Assembly: GCA_038496445.1 (NCBI GenBank)
Contig: JALMLS010000507.1
Span: 715,601-779,600 of the forward strand
Source: Trichosphaerium sp. ATCC 40318
Lineage: Eukaryota > Protista > Tubulinea
Direction of reading: 5' to 3'
DNA length: 64,000 nt
Shown piece by piece: positions 40,694 to 53,694 of the stretch (position 1 is its first letter; each line of letters starts with the position of its first letter). The notes below the pieces were generated by a model. It was given only the letters and a program-made list of their open reading frames with translations, was not told the DNA's origin and did no database searches. Both the position numbers and the translations under genes were made by a program.

Positions 40694-43268
40694 ATGCAGG
40701 AGGACGTGCTGCTATGGGGAGATGAAAACTTACTCTCCGACACAACAGGGGACGAAAGGACATACTCTAACCCTTCTTCGCCTACAACTAAAAGAATGGA
40801 GTATGGCGATACATCTCCTATCGAAATTACAGATGCATTACCCGATGACCGTTTTTCGCAAAGCAATATGGCCCCACCGCTCAGCATTAACTTTGCTGGA
40901 GATACAGGGAGCCAAACTCACGCTCCTCCAAGTCCAGTTCGAGTACACGCAGAACACCAGCGTGCGGCTTTAAATTCAAAGTACGTTTTATGTTTTAAAC
41001 GTAACACAACCCAAAAACGACAATTGAAGCAGTTTTATAAAAAAGTGTTCGTTTGGTTTATGCTAATTTCAGCCACAGCAAAAAACGAACTGCTTCTGGT
41101 AGATCCAAGTCCACACAACCTAAAAAGAAGGCACGAGTAAACAAATCAACAGTTTCTGAAGAAAAGCGACGAAAGCGAGTAAAACTGCTTGAAACGGAGT
41201 TACAGAACATGTTACAAGAGTACAATATTTGCAATGACGGAAAGCGAGTTACACAAGAAAGTCGCATCAAAAGTGCTATTGACCATATTCGCGATTTGCG
41301 CCAAAAGTTAGAGGCTCTACGACACGAAAATGAGTTACTACGGGCACAACAAGGGTTTAACGGGCCAACACACAACGTATCACAGCAAGTCTTACAACAA
41401 ATGCCTCCTGCTATGTTGCACCATCCACACCTCATCCCGGAACCATTTATGACCATGGGTACAGAGCCATTACCAATAAACCAACTACGTATGTCTCATG
41501 GCACTCTCCCAATGCCTGGTGATTTGCAACAACAACACGATATGGGTTCGCTCCCGTTCAATGGCTTGATGCTCGATCCAAGTTTGGGCACGGGCATCAC
41601 GGCCATCAAACAACAAAATCCCCAACAGCTTCTACACCTCCAGCGTTTACCCGCTTCACAAAGTAACATTACATGGTCTTCACGCCCTCTCTTTGCGTTT
41701 ATGGTACGCACTTGTTTGTTTTTGTCTTTTTCATATTTTCCAGAAACATTAAATTAAAACGGAAGAAACGTTCAATTCCTGTGTGGATTTCGGTTTTTTT
41801 CTTTCACTAATTCCCAGTTTCCTCCCTTACGATATTACTAGGTGTTTTTGATCATATTCCCAACTTGTATATTCATGGGCGGACGATACGCTCTACCTGG
41901 GCAACAGGTACTTTTTTTCGGGTTTTTTGGGTTTTGCCGTTTTTACATATTCTAAATCATCTTTGTAGGGTCTTAATGTTGGTGTACACTTTGGTCGTAG
42001 CCTTCAAGGCGTAGAAAGAAATGACTACGTTCTTAGTCATATAGATTCTTTACCAGTTCGCAAATTGGACTCTCTGGTATTACATTACTACAATCTCACT
42101 AAACTTGGCGAAACCTACCCATTTACTGGACTTTCAATTTTCCCAGCTAGTGTTACAATGCAACCTGGAAGTGTTTGCAACCCTGAAGTGTACGACTACT
42201 TTCTTTTTATTATTGACAATTATTGATTTTGTTCTGCAGGCAATGTATGTGGCCTTTTGAATGTGTAAAGGGTCAGTGTATCTTCCCACAGGAAGGCAAT
42301 GACTGCTCAGATAATAATGATTGTGGTTTTTGGATGGGATGTATCAATAAGCGATGCCAGGAATACCACTTTGCCGGTGAATCTTGCCTTGGTGACGACC
42401 AAGTACGTTGTGCCACGTCATTTTTTTTATTCCCAATTAGTCACATTAAGAAAAATACTGACGTTTGCTATTTTTAGTGTTATTCTGGCACATGTTCTTC
42501 TGATAAAACATGTACTGGATCTGTACTGGGAGCAACATGCAACCCTGACTCCAAGAATCAGTGCGGCATGGGTTTGTACTGTTCTAAATCTAAGGCAAGT
42601 TGGGTGCTTTGGTTTTATTGGCGCTAATGTTGCATCAGGGAGAGTGCGTGGAGCGTGTTGATCCTGGCGAACCGTGCTTGGACTTCTCTGAAGAGAGTTA
42701 CTCAAACTATTTGAGTACTTGTAATTCTCCTGGCCTTTGTAATAAGATTTCCGGTACATTTGAAAGTCTAATTTCTTTTTTATTGACTGTTTTTTCAGGT
42801 AAATGTGAAGTTGTCTTTGCTCAACCTGAAGGTGGCAGTTGTGGCGATGTTTTGCATTGCCAATCTCCTCTTGATTGCACTAAAGGCGTTTGTAGAATGC
42901 CTTTAAAGACTTGTAACGAGACACATGGGTACGTCAACGAAAGGTAGCACGTCCAATACTTACAGTATATTTTAGTTGTGGACTTCCTGGCATGTGCGTA
43001 AAGGGTGAGTGTGCTACATACCAAAACCCTGAAGGATGCCAAAATGAACTTCAAGAGTGGCGAGAATGTCTAGCTGAGAACAAATGCTATACAAGGCATA
43101 GTTACAGTTGGTCAGGTATGTACTTTTACATTTAGAAAACCAAAATTTACCCCTTGATTAGGTTGCTCTGCAGTTCGCTGTAAAGCTCAAGAACGTAAAT
43201 TGGAATGTTGCTTTAAGCACGGTTATAATATTCCAATCAGAAAGGGAACTATATGCGTAGCCCGTTAG
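40694..43268 (+). CDS. Membrane-tethered bHLH-ZIP transcription factor with Cys-rich C-terminal (lumenal) domain
   Basis: bHLH-ZIP SEEKRRKRVKLLETELQNML..QESRIKSAIDHIRDLRQKLEALRHENELLR; TM PLFAFMVFLIIFPTCIFM across an intron; many C-x5-C-x4/5-C repeats 42170-43260. Confidence 0.75.
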
Positions 43269-43477
43269 GGTTCCTTTCTGTGGAATTTTTTTTAAAAGTG
43301 TGACTTGCGTTGTAACGCAATGTAAACTACTTTACCTTTTTGGGTGGAGCAGTGCTTACGAGCACTTTGTATATTATGTGCTGTTCAAGATAATAAATTG
43401 TTGTTATGTTGAAAAGTAAAGAGGAGAAACAGTTTGATCCCAAGTTTTACCTGGTAAAAAATCGTTTAGTTAACAAT

Positions 43478-45707
43478 ATGGCGCATGTTCGCACTTGGGA
43501 TCAGACTAGAGTTATTAATTGGGTTATAGATAACGGTTTGGGGCCATGTTTTGATGCGTTTATAAATGCACAAGTTGATGGCAAAAAATTAGTTGCTCTA
43601 GACCGTGAAAAGATAGTAGCGATGGGAATAACCGATGAAACAGCGATTTTAACGCTGCTTTTCAGTATTGAACAGTTGGGCGTTAAGGATATTCCTGAAC
43701 CTCTTGATATGGACTTCTCACGCGTCCCTGCAGTTGCTCCATACCATCGCATTAATAATTCATCGTGTTCATACTGTCGTTCAGGCTCAAACCCTTTATA
43801 TGGTACCTAGCGCGTACGGTTAAGCCTAATTTGACATTTAGGGGTTGATGCACGCCGGCTATTACCAAAAACATTTGAGGATTTGTTGAATCACGGTAAG
43901 TGTCACAATTCTGTTTGTGCTTAGTAAAAGGCAGGATGGACACGCGCTGGGACGTACTTGTACCACCCAATCCTGAAAACTAGTTGTTGCCCACATTATC
44001 AACTACGTGTACGGTGTAGAGATTTCAAGCCCTCACCATCGCAAAAACAGGCTATTTCCAAAATGAATAGGTATCTCAATGGTACTTTACACTAACTTAC
44101 GTACTTGTGCCCTAACTTGTTGCTCAGGAGCCAAGAAAGAACCGCTTAAAAAGCCACAAGAGAGCAAGCGACTTCCTAAGGCCAATGCTACCCGTGCAGC
44201 ATTGCAAGCCATAATTACAACCGCTCTTGAAAGTGCTATCGAAAAGGGTCTCATACCGAAAGTGGAAGGCGTTAAGGTTATACTGACATACAAGCTACAC
44301 AGCAAGACACACCTTATTTATAACGTCGATGACCCTCCTGACGTTCGATCACCACACGTGTTTCGTTGTCCCATAGGTAGCTATAAAGTGAAGTGTTGTA
44401 TCTTGTTAATCTTTTTTTCTAGCAATGACAATTGAAGCGAAAACTCGATCATCAGACTCTGCTTTGTCTCCTGACGACATTGAAACGCAAGCAGTTAAAT
44501 ATGCTAAAATTTTGATCACGTGCTTACCAAAAAATGATGTATTGGCAAGAGTTCAAGTTGAAGACCCAGCCTTCTTGCACTTTGTGTTTTCTGCAAGCTA
44601 CATCGAAAAGAATTTTCCTTTACCAAAGAAAGAACCTTTGAAGAAAGAGACTGGACCAAAAGTTCTTACCGCCAAAAAACGCGAACCCTACGTGCCCCGT
44701 AATGAAAAACCAGTTGAACACGTTCCCGATCATGTACTTAGAAAGGAATGGCATCAAGCAGCTTTTAGGGATGAAGCGTATCAGTTGTGGAGAAAATATC
44801 AACATAACATTCACAAAGAACCTGAAACGAAAACTCAACCCAAAAGTTATACAAGCTTTCTTTGTGACACACCGTTGCTGGCAAGTATTTTTCTTATAAA
44901 CAATGTTGTGGAATAACCAATAAGGGTAGTATGAGCCAGTTGATAGACGTCCAGATGATGTTCTACAAGTGGCTCTGGGCAGTTGGCATTGTCACTACTA
45001 CTTGGATGACAAGTTAGTGGCTGTAGCTGTTTGTACGTTTTTAACATTTTTCATACTGTTACACATCTGATATTAATGTAGTGGATGTCTTACCTACTTG
45101 CCTAAATTCAAAGTACTTCTTTTGGGACACAGATTATAAACACCTCAACCTCGGAATATACTCCGCTCAACAGGAAATAAACATGGTCAATGGGACTCAT
45201 GGCATGGAGTATTACTTTTTGGGTATGATCTAGAGTTAACTATCGTGGTGATAACTTTTTTTAAAATGTAGGATGGTACATACACACTAGTTTGAAGATG
45301 AACTACAAGTCGAAATTTAGGCCTGGAGAGCTCATGTGCCCAGACACTTATACATATGTTGACTTTAAAGATGTGAGACACGTTCTAGATGAAAAAGGCT
45401 ATGCTAGACTTGCACCAGAAGGGGTACGCTCTCAGAGAAGTTTCGGGCTTTTACCGACTGAGTTTGTCTTGTTTAGGTTCCAGAACCACAAGAAATTACA
45501 CTTGAGGATGTTAAAGATGTTCGTATATGTCTCCAAGGTGCTGTCTACCCAGCTAGCGCGTTACCTGCTCTTGCAGCGAATTATGGACTTGACAAGCTTA
45601 ACAGTTACCAAGAAGGACTTTTACAATTTGCACGATGTGCAGGATTGCCTCTAGCCCGCGAAATAATTGTGGTTTTGGATCGCTCAAGAGTAAACATAGG
45701 AATGTAA
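43478..45707 (+). CDS. ATE1: Arginyl-tRNA--protein transferase with N-terminal SAM domain
   Basis: SAM (TWDQTRVINWV..GLG..F..AQVDGKKL..L); ATE_N CSYC, GWTRAGTYLYHP..SCCPHY; ATE_C LWRKYQ..IH, FLCDTPL, GSWH..Y.LDDKLVAVAVVDVLP..LNSKYFFWD, KMNYKSKFRP. Confidence 0.88.
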
Positions 45708-45791
45708 AAAGAATGTTTATTTTTGTAATTGTTATGACTCTGTTTGACTTTAGTTCTATTTATCTTCCCGCCAATCAGCTTATACTGCAGG

Positions 45792-47914
45792 ATGGTTAAC
45801 GTAGAAGGACAAGTTCAATCACAAGTATGTTTAGTTTGACATTTAAACGTTACATGTTTAAAAATTTGTACAGGGCGGAAAAGCGCTTAATAAGGCTGCC
45901 ATAGCCGATAGGAAGCGAATGAACGCTTTTTGGTGCGTTATACTAAACTACATAACTGTATTTTAAATAATATCCAGTAACGATCATGAAAACAAAAAAC
46001 TAATACGTGGTGCCGCTAAATCAAGTAAAAACTTTCGTGTAGCCGGTATGTCACAGTTGAAATTAAAAACTGTAATCAAAAAACAAGAATACTAACGCCA
46101 TATAGATAGTGTTACCAATGAGGATGATATTTTGGCGTCTAATCCAATAAAACGAAAAAAGGCAGTTAAAAAAAAAGAAGAACTTGACCCTCGCGAAGCT
46201 GAGAGGCTTAAGCGTGAGCGCCAACAAATGCGCGTACGTTTTTTTGTAAATTAAATAATATCTGATCGCCTAACTGGTAGTTGTAGGCAAATAGCTTGAA
46301 ACTAGGAGCTGGGTGCCATATATGTCATCGCCACCCTCTGAAAAAAAAGGGCAGTACCACAGAGAGACCATTTGTGCGTCACCGTTGTTTATATATTGAC
46401 CTGCCATACTAGCTAGTACCAGTGTAATTGACAGCGTCTTAGGAGATTTTACATTGCGAAAATCAAGGTTGTAGGCTACGATTTTGTACTATTTGCCTTT
46501 CCGAAAAATACATGGTCAAAGTACGGATTTTATATGAGTTGTGATTGGAGTATAATGATTTTTTTTGAATAGATTCTTGATAAATCAGAGGCTGCTAAGG
46601 AAGACGAAAACGCTTCCGACTCGGAGTCAGAGTCAATCGATTACGAAGGCAATATTTCTGACTCTGAGTCAGAAGTGGAAGAAAAGTCAGAACAAAAGGA
46701 AGAAAAAGTAGAGTGGACTTGTCCCAAATGCTTAGGTACTACTGATTATATACTAGTATAGAATCAATAAGACGTTGATAATAATGTTGCTGTATAATAG
46801 GTATTTGTATTTGTGCAGGATGTAGACGCAGAGCTGTGAGTGTTATTTTTTTAACTGCTTTTTTTTAAAGTATCTAACTTACTTTTGTCTTTTTAGGGTT
46901 TGGAGCCACTACACCGTAGGTATTTAAAATTATGGGATGTTGCCAAGAAGGAAGGATTCTCATCGCTATGGGACTATTTATTATGGAACAAAGAACAACG
47001 TGAAGAGAGGCAGAAGGTATTAAAACATAAAAATTAACCAAGGACTTTTGACGCTTTTTTGCAATTTGTTGTTGATCTAATGTGTCTACCTTGTAGAAAG
47101 AAGAAGAAGAGTTCCGAAATAGTGTGAAAGCAGAAAAAGCAGCCAAATCTCTTGCAAAGAAAGGGATGGAAAGTGATGAGGATGATTCAGACGAAGAATC
47201 TGTAGAAGAAAAATCACCAAAGAAATCAAATAAAAAAATTACAAAGGAAGATGAATCCGGATCGGAAGATCCAGATGATGAGTCAGAAGATAGCTCAGAG
47301 GAAGAACCTGTTGTAAAGAGAAAAATATCTAAACCAGCAAAGAAGAAATCACCAGCGAAAAGTAAGAAGAGTCCACCAAAGAAAGTTGCAAAAAAGACAA
47401 AACAGAAAAAATCTCCACTTACCAAAAAAGCGAAGCCAGTTACCAAACCAAGACGCCTTGTACTCGAAGACAGCAATAGCGACAGTGACGATTTTGAAAA
47501 GAAACACAAAGATGAGGATAGTGGCGCTGAGGAGGATGCTATCATGATTGATCTTGATAGTGACTCTGGGGACGACTTTCAAAAGTCTCCTACAAAGAGA
47601 GCTACAAAGTGTAATAAGTCACCTGGTAAGAAGACAAACACAAAGGCTAGAAAAAAATCTTCTCCAAACGCAAAGGCGAGCAAGAGCCCAAAAAAGACAA
47701 GTCCTAGAAAAAGGTCTCCAAAGAAGATGCCTAAAGAAGTAAAGTGTGGACCAATGGATGCGTTTTTGAAGGCACGTGTTTTTGTTTAATTTATGGGGTT
47801 TACTCATTTTGTTGGTTCTAGAAACGTAAAAGACCGAGGGATTCATGCTGTTCTTCCAGACCTAGTGATGATGCTCCTCCTACCAAAAAACGCAAACAGA
47901 AGGCATCTGTGTAA
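45792..47914 (+). CDS. zf-4CXXC_R1 (CDCA7-like) zinc-finger protein with acidic and Lys/Ser/Pro-rich tail
   Basis: CHIC...C..RFCTICL...WTCPKCLGICICAGCRR; long SPKK-rich histone-H1-like C-terminus. Confidence 0.65.
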
Positions 47915-48112
47915 ATTGTCATTGAAACAATAGCTGTTAAATAAAGTTTTTTCTTATTAAACATTCTCAACTTCAAAAATGGTAAAAGTGTAGCGACCTA
48001 GCGCTAGGCGTTCCGAAGTTACAGACCCCAGAACGTAAATAATAACGAGCAAGCTTCTGTGTAGGATTCACATCAAATTTATTTATAAAGGGTAGCAGTA
48101 ACGTTGTACACA

Positions 48113-48860
48113 TCATTCGCCTTCATATTTTGTTGTAACTTCAAACTGTACACCACGCTCTATGAGAGCCTTTGCTATCTTTGTTATATTACGACTATCA
48201 TCTATACCAGAATGATGTTGTCCTTCAAGCTCAATATCAAGCTTTCTGAGCATCTTAGCCATACTACCTGCACGGTTTTTCATCTCCCCAAGTACTTCCA
48301 TTGAAAAAGGTTTTTTGATATTAACCCATCTATGCAAAAACCTTGGTGGTGTGGCTATACCCTTTCTCTTAGTCTCTTCGTGCAACATCTACCGAAAAAG
48401 TCACGTGATTTAAAGCGGTGTGTATTAGTTGCGTACCTTCATGTCCCAATCACCACAAGATACAACGATATATTTGTTTACTTGCAGGTTCTTTTTTTGT
48501 ACCCAAATAAGAAAATCTTTGTAAACCTTCTCCAGTGGCTCTGCAGCATCAACTGTTTCTTGTTTTATTTGAGTCACTTCTATACACGTTTCATCGAGTG
48601 CTTTAACGGGTCTAGAAGCGATAAGTACACATAAACTTACTATTAGTAGTAGGCTGTTGTAGGCTTGACCAGGGACGCTAGACGTACTTAACGTAGTAAT
48701 GAAACTCGTCTTCAATCTCTAAAGAAGTTGTGTTGAATAAAATGCAAGGAAACTCTATTATCTCCCTCGGGAGAGTGCAAGTAGCTTCAAAATCAATTAT
48801 TAACAGATGTGTAAACTTTTGACGCTTGAGACGCCGTTTTTTGCCTCCTTTCTTACTCAT
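48113..48860 (-). CDS. ERI1/ERI3-family DEDDh 3'-5' exoribonuclease
   Basis: IIDFEATC..EIIEFP, VSCGDWD, HHSGIDDSRNI. Confidence 0.9.
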
Positions 48861-48987
48861 CGAGACCGGATGAAGTAAAGCTGTTGAAACCAGGCAATTT
48901 GTGTTTTTTTGAAACACTATTCAACTAACAGTTCTATTGTTTTCTTTCGGAAAATGTCGTAAACGTTTTTTTGAGATGATTGAGCAT

Positions 48988-51461
48988 TACAAGTGAATGT
49001 CGTGGCGTTGCTCGCCAGGATTTTACCAGATGAGAGTTGACAAACTGTTGCCTGATTGCATGTTATCACATACTCGATTTTTTCATAACACTAACTGTGT
49101 TAAAGATTGGTACTTGTCAAAGGTCACGAGTACTTTATTGTTCCGCGAGCTGATTAAACAGTTGAAAAGGATTGGAGCCAGCCCACTGTTCAAAATTAGC
49201 TTGTAATACTTGTTGTACTTCAAATGGAAACTCTTCAAGCTCAAAGCTGCTTCCATCACTATCACTGTCATCCATCACATCGGAATATTCAGGTGTAGGT
49301 TCAAAATGTACATCCGGAAGCCTTGGTCAATATCCGTTAATTCTTTTTAATACTTCACAATGTTCGTACCTCTCTCTTATCACATCTTTTATGTCAGGCG
49401 TAATGCCCGTGAGTTGCAAGTGAGTTAAATGCTTCAAATAGCGCAAACTATAAAACGTAAGTAAAGCGAGGGTAATACAAATACGCAACTCCTTGTAAGC
49501 AGTCACATCAATTTCTTCACCATGGAGTTCGTATGAAAATGATTCAAGAGAAACCAACCGACCAGGGATATGTTGTATTAAATATTCTGAGGCCAAGTAC
49601 CCTTGATTTGTCTGACATACTATTTAGTAACAAAAAACATCAAAAATGTCTTGCCTTTATATGGAGTCTCTTTAAGCTTGTTAGTCTTAAAAATGATTTT
49701 ACATCAAGTTCATTCCACTCGGTGCATCCCTCACTTGTACGTTTTTTTAGTTTAACGAATGTCAGCTTTTCTCATACCTTGGTCGAAGTACTTGCAAGAA
49801 AGTCAGAGCTGTAACTGTACCCCTGTGAGACAAGTCACCCAAAAATTCATTCCAAAACTCATGTTTCCTAGGGCCTACATCCAAACCTACAATACAATCA
49901 AAAAAAGGGCAATTAGTTTACTCAAGTACTCACTCAAATCTGTGAGCTTGGTCGCAAATGCTAGGTTCCAGGGCGGATATGGTGAAGTACATATTTGACG
50001 GACATTTCTCAGTTTGGATATCGAAAGTGTTTCAATGCCATGCGATAATTCAAGGCAACTCACAGTCAATGAATCAAGCGTAGTGCACTTAGAGAATACA
50101 GAGTAGTCATCTACATGCTCCTCGCATTCTAAATTACGCAAAGTTGTGATACAGATTTCCTAGGGTGAGTTAGAAAGAGGTCACCAAGAATACGTGGAAT
50201 ATAGTACTTTAATGAAAGGCATCTTAGTAAGCAAAGAAACCCTAAAAGCGTCTAAGACTTGAAAGTAGCCAGGAATTTGACCTAGAGCACAATAAGCACG
50301 TGTTTCTTTTTCAACAATTTGTAAAGCGTGCTTTTTTCAGGACATAGAGCACCAGCTTGGAGGGTCATGAGATTTGTTGTTTTATTTAAAAGTGAACGCC
50401 AAGCACTCGAATCTAACATAGAACAAGCCAAGTCACCATCAAGGTCAGGATCTGCAAGAATGACAAGTGATGTGAGATTGTGTGCAAGTGGGAAAAGCGT
50501 AAATATGTCAGCGACTAAACACGCATGATTGAGCCAGAGGGATGATAATTTAGGTAATATGAGTGGACCCTTTATAACAAATACGCCGAGTGTTTGTAGT
50601 CCAAGATGTTTCAGATTTGTAAGTAATTTTAAATTAGTAATAGTTTGTTCATCATCAGTGGTGACCGTAATGTCAAGGTGTTCCAGTTGTGTGAGATGGG
50701 CTTTTTAATGAAAAGGTTAGATGGTACAGAATTAGGGGAGCGTACCTAAGTAATCACCATCGGATTTCTTGTCAATAAGCAAGCCTTGAACTTTTCTAAG
50801 AGTTGTGAACGGATCGTAAGGCAAGAAGAAGAGCCTATTAAATATAGGGCTTGTATCAAGTGGGTCATTGCGAACTAGAGAGGTGTTGTGCGGAAATGAT
50901 ATGCTCTTAAGGCGTGTAAAGCAAGGTAATATAGTTGTGGCAAAGTCTTTTTCACAATAGCCTTCATCAACACAACTGTAAAAAACAAAAATTAAAAACA
51001 CGGAATTCCTATTAAAGCACGTACTAAAATGACTTGTGAAGCTCTTGTTCGTATATGCACATGTGTGTAGAGGCAGGAACAATTTTCAAGTCTTCGATCA
51101 GGCAGGCGTGAGGCTCTATAAACTGACGTAGCATGTTGTGCATCGCCCAAATGTCTGAGTGTCCACGAGAATGCCACTCAATTGTGACATGTAATTTCTT
51201 CAACTGCCCAAACCGATGTACTGGTAAAGTTGCCCATGCTGATATGCGCAAATGTAGGGAATGTACTTGAGCAATCCAGGCTTTTTTCCAGGCTTTGCAA
51301 ACGCGGAAAAAATTCTTTTTTGCGATGGTACAGGCACATACGCTCTTTATAGCGTTAGGAAGAAGCAGCGGATGATCTGCGAGGTAAATTAATAAACAGG
51401 CAGTGTTACATCGCCAATTCTCCTATAAACAGCAAACATACCTCCGTATGGCCCGCGCCAT
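48988..51461 (-). CDS. F-box-like/LRR protein
   Basis: N-terminal FFRVCKAWK; repeated LxxLxL (LTQLEHLDI, LTNLKHLGL, LKHLTHLQL); ends approximate. Confidence 0.6.
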
Positions 51462-52039
51462 ATGCAAGACGTCCACAAATAAAATTGTTTTTTTTTTGTT
51501 GATTTAGATTTACCAGCTAGTAGTTGTTAGCCATAATTACGCGCGTGGCTATATTGACAATACAATTTCTGCTGGCTCGTTTCCGTTTGGCGCATATCAG
51601 CTTGTGCGTATTCCAATCAGACCTTTGACACTCCACATCGCAATATTTTACGCTTTTGCACCTATTTCAACCGATTAGCGTCGTTCGTTTATTTACAGCG
51701 TCACCTCGAACACTTTAATCCTGCTTTATCGCCACAATACGCGCAAGTAGTGCTCATTGCTTATAGGATAGATGCAAGGCCATTGCGGTACTTAAATTAA
51801 ATGTAAAGAATTCTCAAGTCTATTTTGAAACAGTTGCGAAAGGTTTCATTTTTCCCAATTATAGCGCCAAAACTGCGTTTGAGTTGTAATTACGCGTTAA
51901 TAATGGCGGTATATTCCTTACTTTGTACTACTGCGACTGTTTTTCAGTAAAAGTACACTTTGTTGTGAAGGAATACGAAAAATCAGGAAAACATATAGAA
52001 TACGAATTGTATTTACACTAGTGTACAACAATATTTACA

Positions 52040-53227
52040 AGGGTTATGGAAGACAGCCACGGCGAGAGATTGTCTTTTAAAAAAAAATTGCATCATGCGT
52101 TTGTTTCAGCTAAATTACGCGTGTAACTGGGTGAGGGGGCTATGTGTTTGCGCATCTACAAGTACTATTAGGCAAGGCGGTTTACGACAAATCGTAATAT
52201 GTACGTACGAACTATGACTTCTAAAGTTTTAATTATTTCGCCAACAGTTTGCGTATATTGTATTGTTTCTACATAAACATTAGACAAGGACCATTAAATG
52301 CGCGTCGGAGAAATATTTAGCCTTGCCGCGAGATTGCAATACGTTATTCCAGTGAGGAATAAAATACGACTGAGGTTTAGCTCAACTGTTGGCTTTGTTT
52401 TACGTGGTTGGAAAAAAGTAGATACGTACCATTTTGAATGTGTGACGCCAAAGTAACAGTTGTTGGTATGTGGTTAGAAAATATGGTGAGTGCTGTCGTT
52501 ATAATGATGAAAAGCAGACATGTCATTAGCCCGGTGAATACATCCTCCCTCGAAATTTTTACTTTTTGAGGTAGGGCCTTATTACCGTGAGGTTGTTTAT
52601 GTTGTGATCGATCTAACGTCAGATGAGTTCATGTGTCAAAAAAAAAAACTTTTCTACGAGATTTTTTAATGAAATGCAACTAGGAACCGCGTTCAATCTC
52701 TAGTGTATCGATACCAGCGGAATTCGATAGTATGAAGCATTGAAACCAAAATAAAAAGAAAAGGAGAATTTGTTTTCGTAAATTTAAAGTTAAACTCAAG
52801 AAGGTTATTGTAAAATCGTACCTTTACTGGGTCGTGTAGTATTACGCCGCGAGCGAACCTTCCCTGTAACAGCATTGAAGTCTTGACAAGAATTGGCTTT
52901 TTTATCCTTTTGTAAAGCCCCAACCTTTTCCATTGGTAGTGTGCTCACGCCAAGGTATTCGCGCGCCGTATGGACAAGCTCAACTGAGTGCCTTCGACTT
53001 TTCTTCTTCTTACTGTGCTTACTAGTTCTCTTTTTCAAGTAGTTAAATGCTTTGGGCAGAGTAGTTGCCATTGCGTAGTCGTTTGTTGTAAATATGAGGG
53101 GTTTTTGGGAGAAATTAAAGGCCCGATCTGAGTTTTCATTCGGATAAACTGTCTGGCGTTGGAAGAATTTTTGGCCCGCTATTCCACGGGTTTGCGGCCG
53201 TATTTCCGGCGCAGTTTTGATGTCCAT
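52040..53227 (-). CDS. Hypothetical protein with a predicted TM helix
   Basis: Basic exon 52805-53227 followed by exon ..GLMTCLLFIIITTALTIFSN.. ending at a GTACGT donor; 3' end uncertain. Confidence 0.35.
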
Positions 53228-53694
53228 CTCAAACAAATTAGCCGGCTGTGAATTTAACCGATTTCCGAAGCAACCAACTAAATATCCCGAAAAAAGTGCC
53301 TTAGACTATTGTTTTAGGTGTTGGGGGCCAACATTGTTTGTAGTAGTGTCAGAACGTGTAATCCTGTGGGGTTTTGTTCAACTTCCGATTCAGTTAATTA
53401 TAGAAGGTAAAACTAATTTTTTTTATCTACACTGGTTGTTAGACATGCTATGCTTGAAACCAACGCCAATTTAACATCGCTTGGCCATGTACGGTAACCG
53501 TAGGAGGTTGTACTACAAAAAAACTGTTAGCTTAGAGTTTTTCGAGATTTTTATGACATCATGTCAAAAAATATTTCAGAGAAGTGCCCATTAGATGGCT
53601 TAACAGATAAGACCACCTGTCAGCATTGCCATTAGGCTTGTCACTTCAAACAACTGGGTTATAAATATTGAGTTGAACACGTGCATTTAATGTT

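Noticed and set aside
41130-41350. True SREBP orthologue
   Set aside because: Lacks the diagnostic Tyr in the basic region, the second TM and the SCAP-binding C-terminus
46874-47545. 223-aa Ser/Phe-rich minus-strand ORF
   Set aside because: Antisense shadow of the Lys/Glu-rich exon
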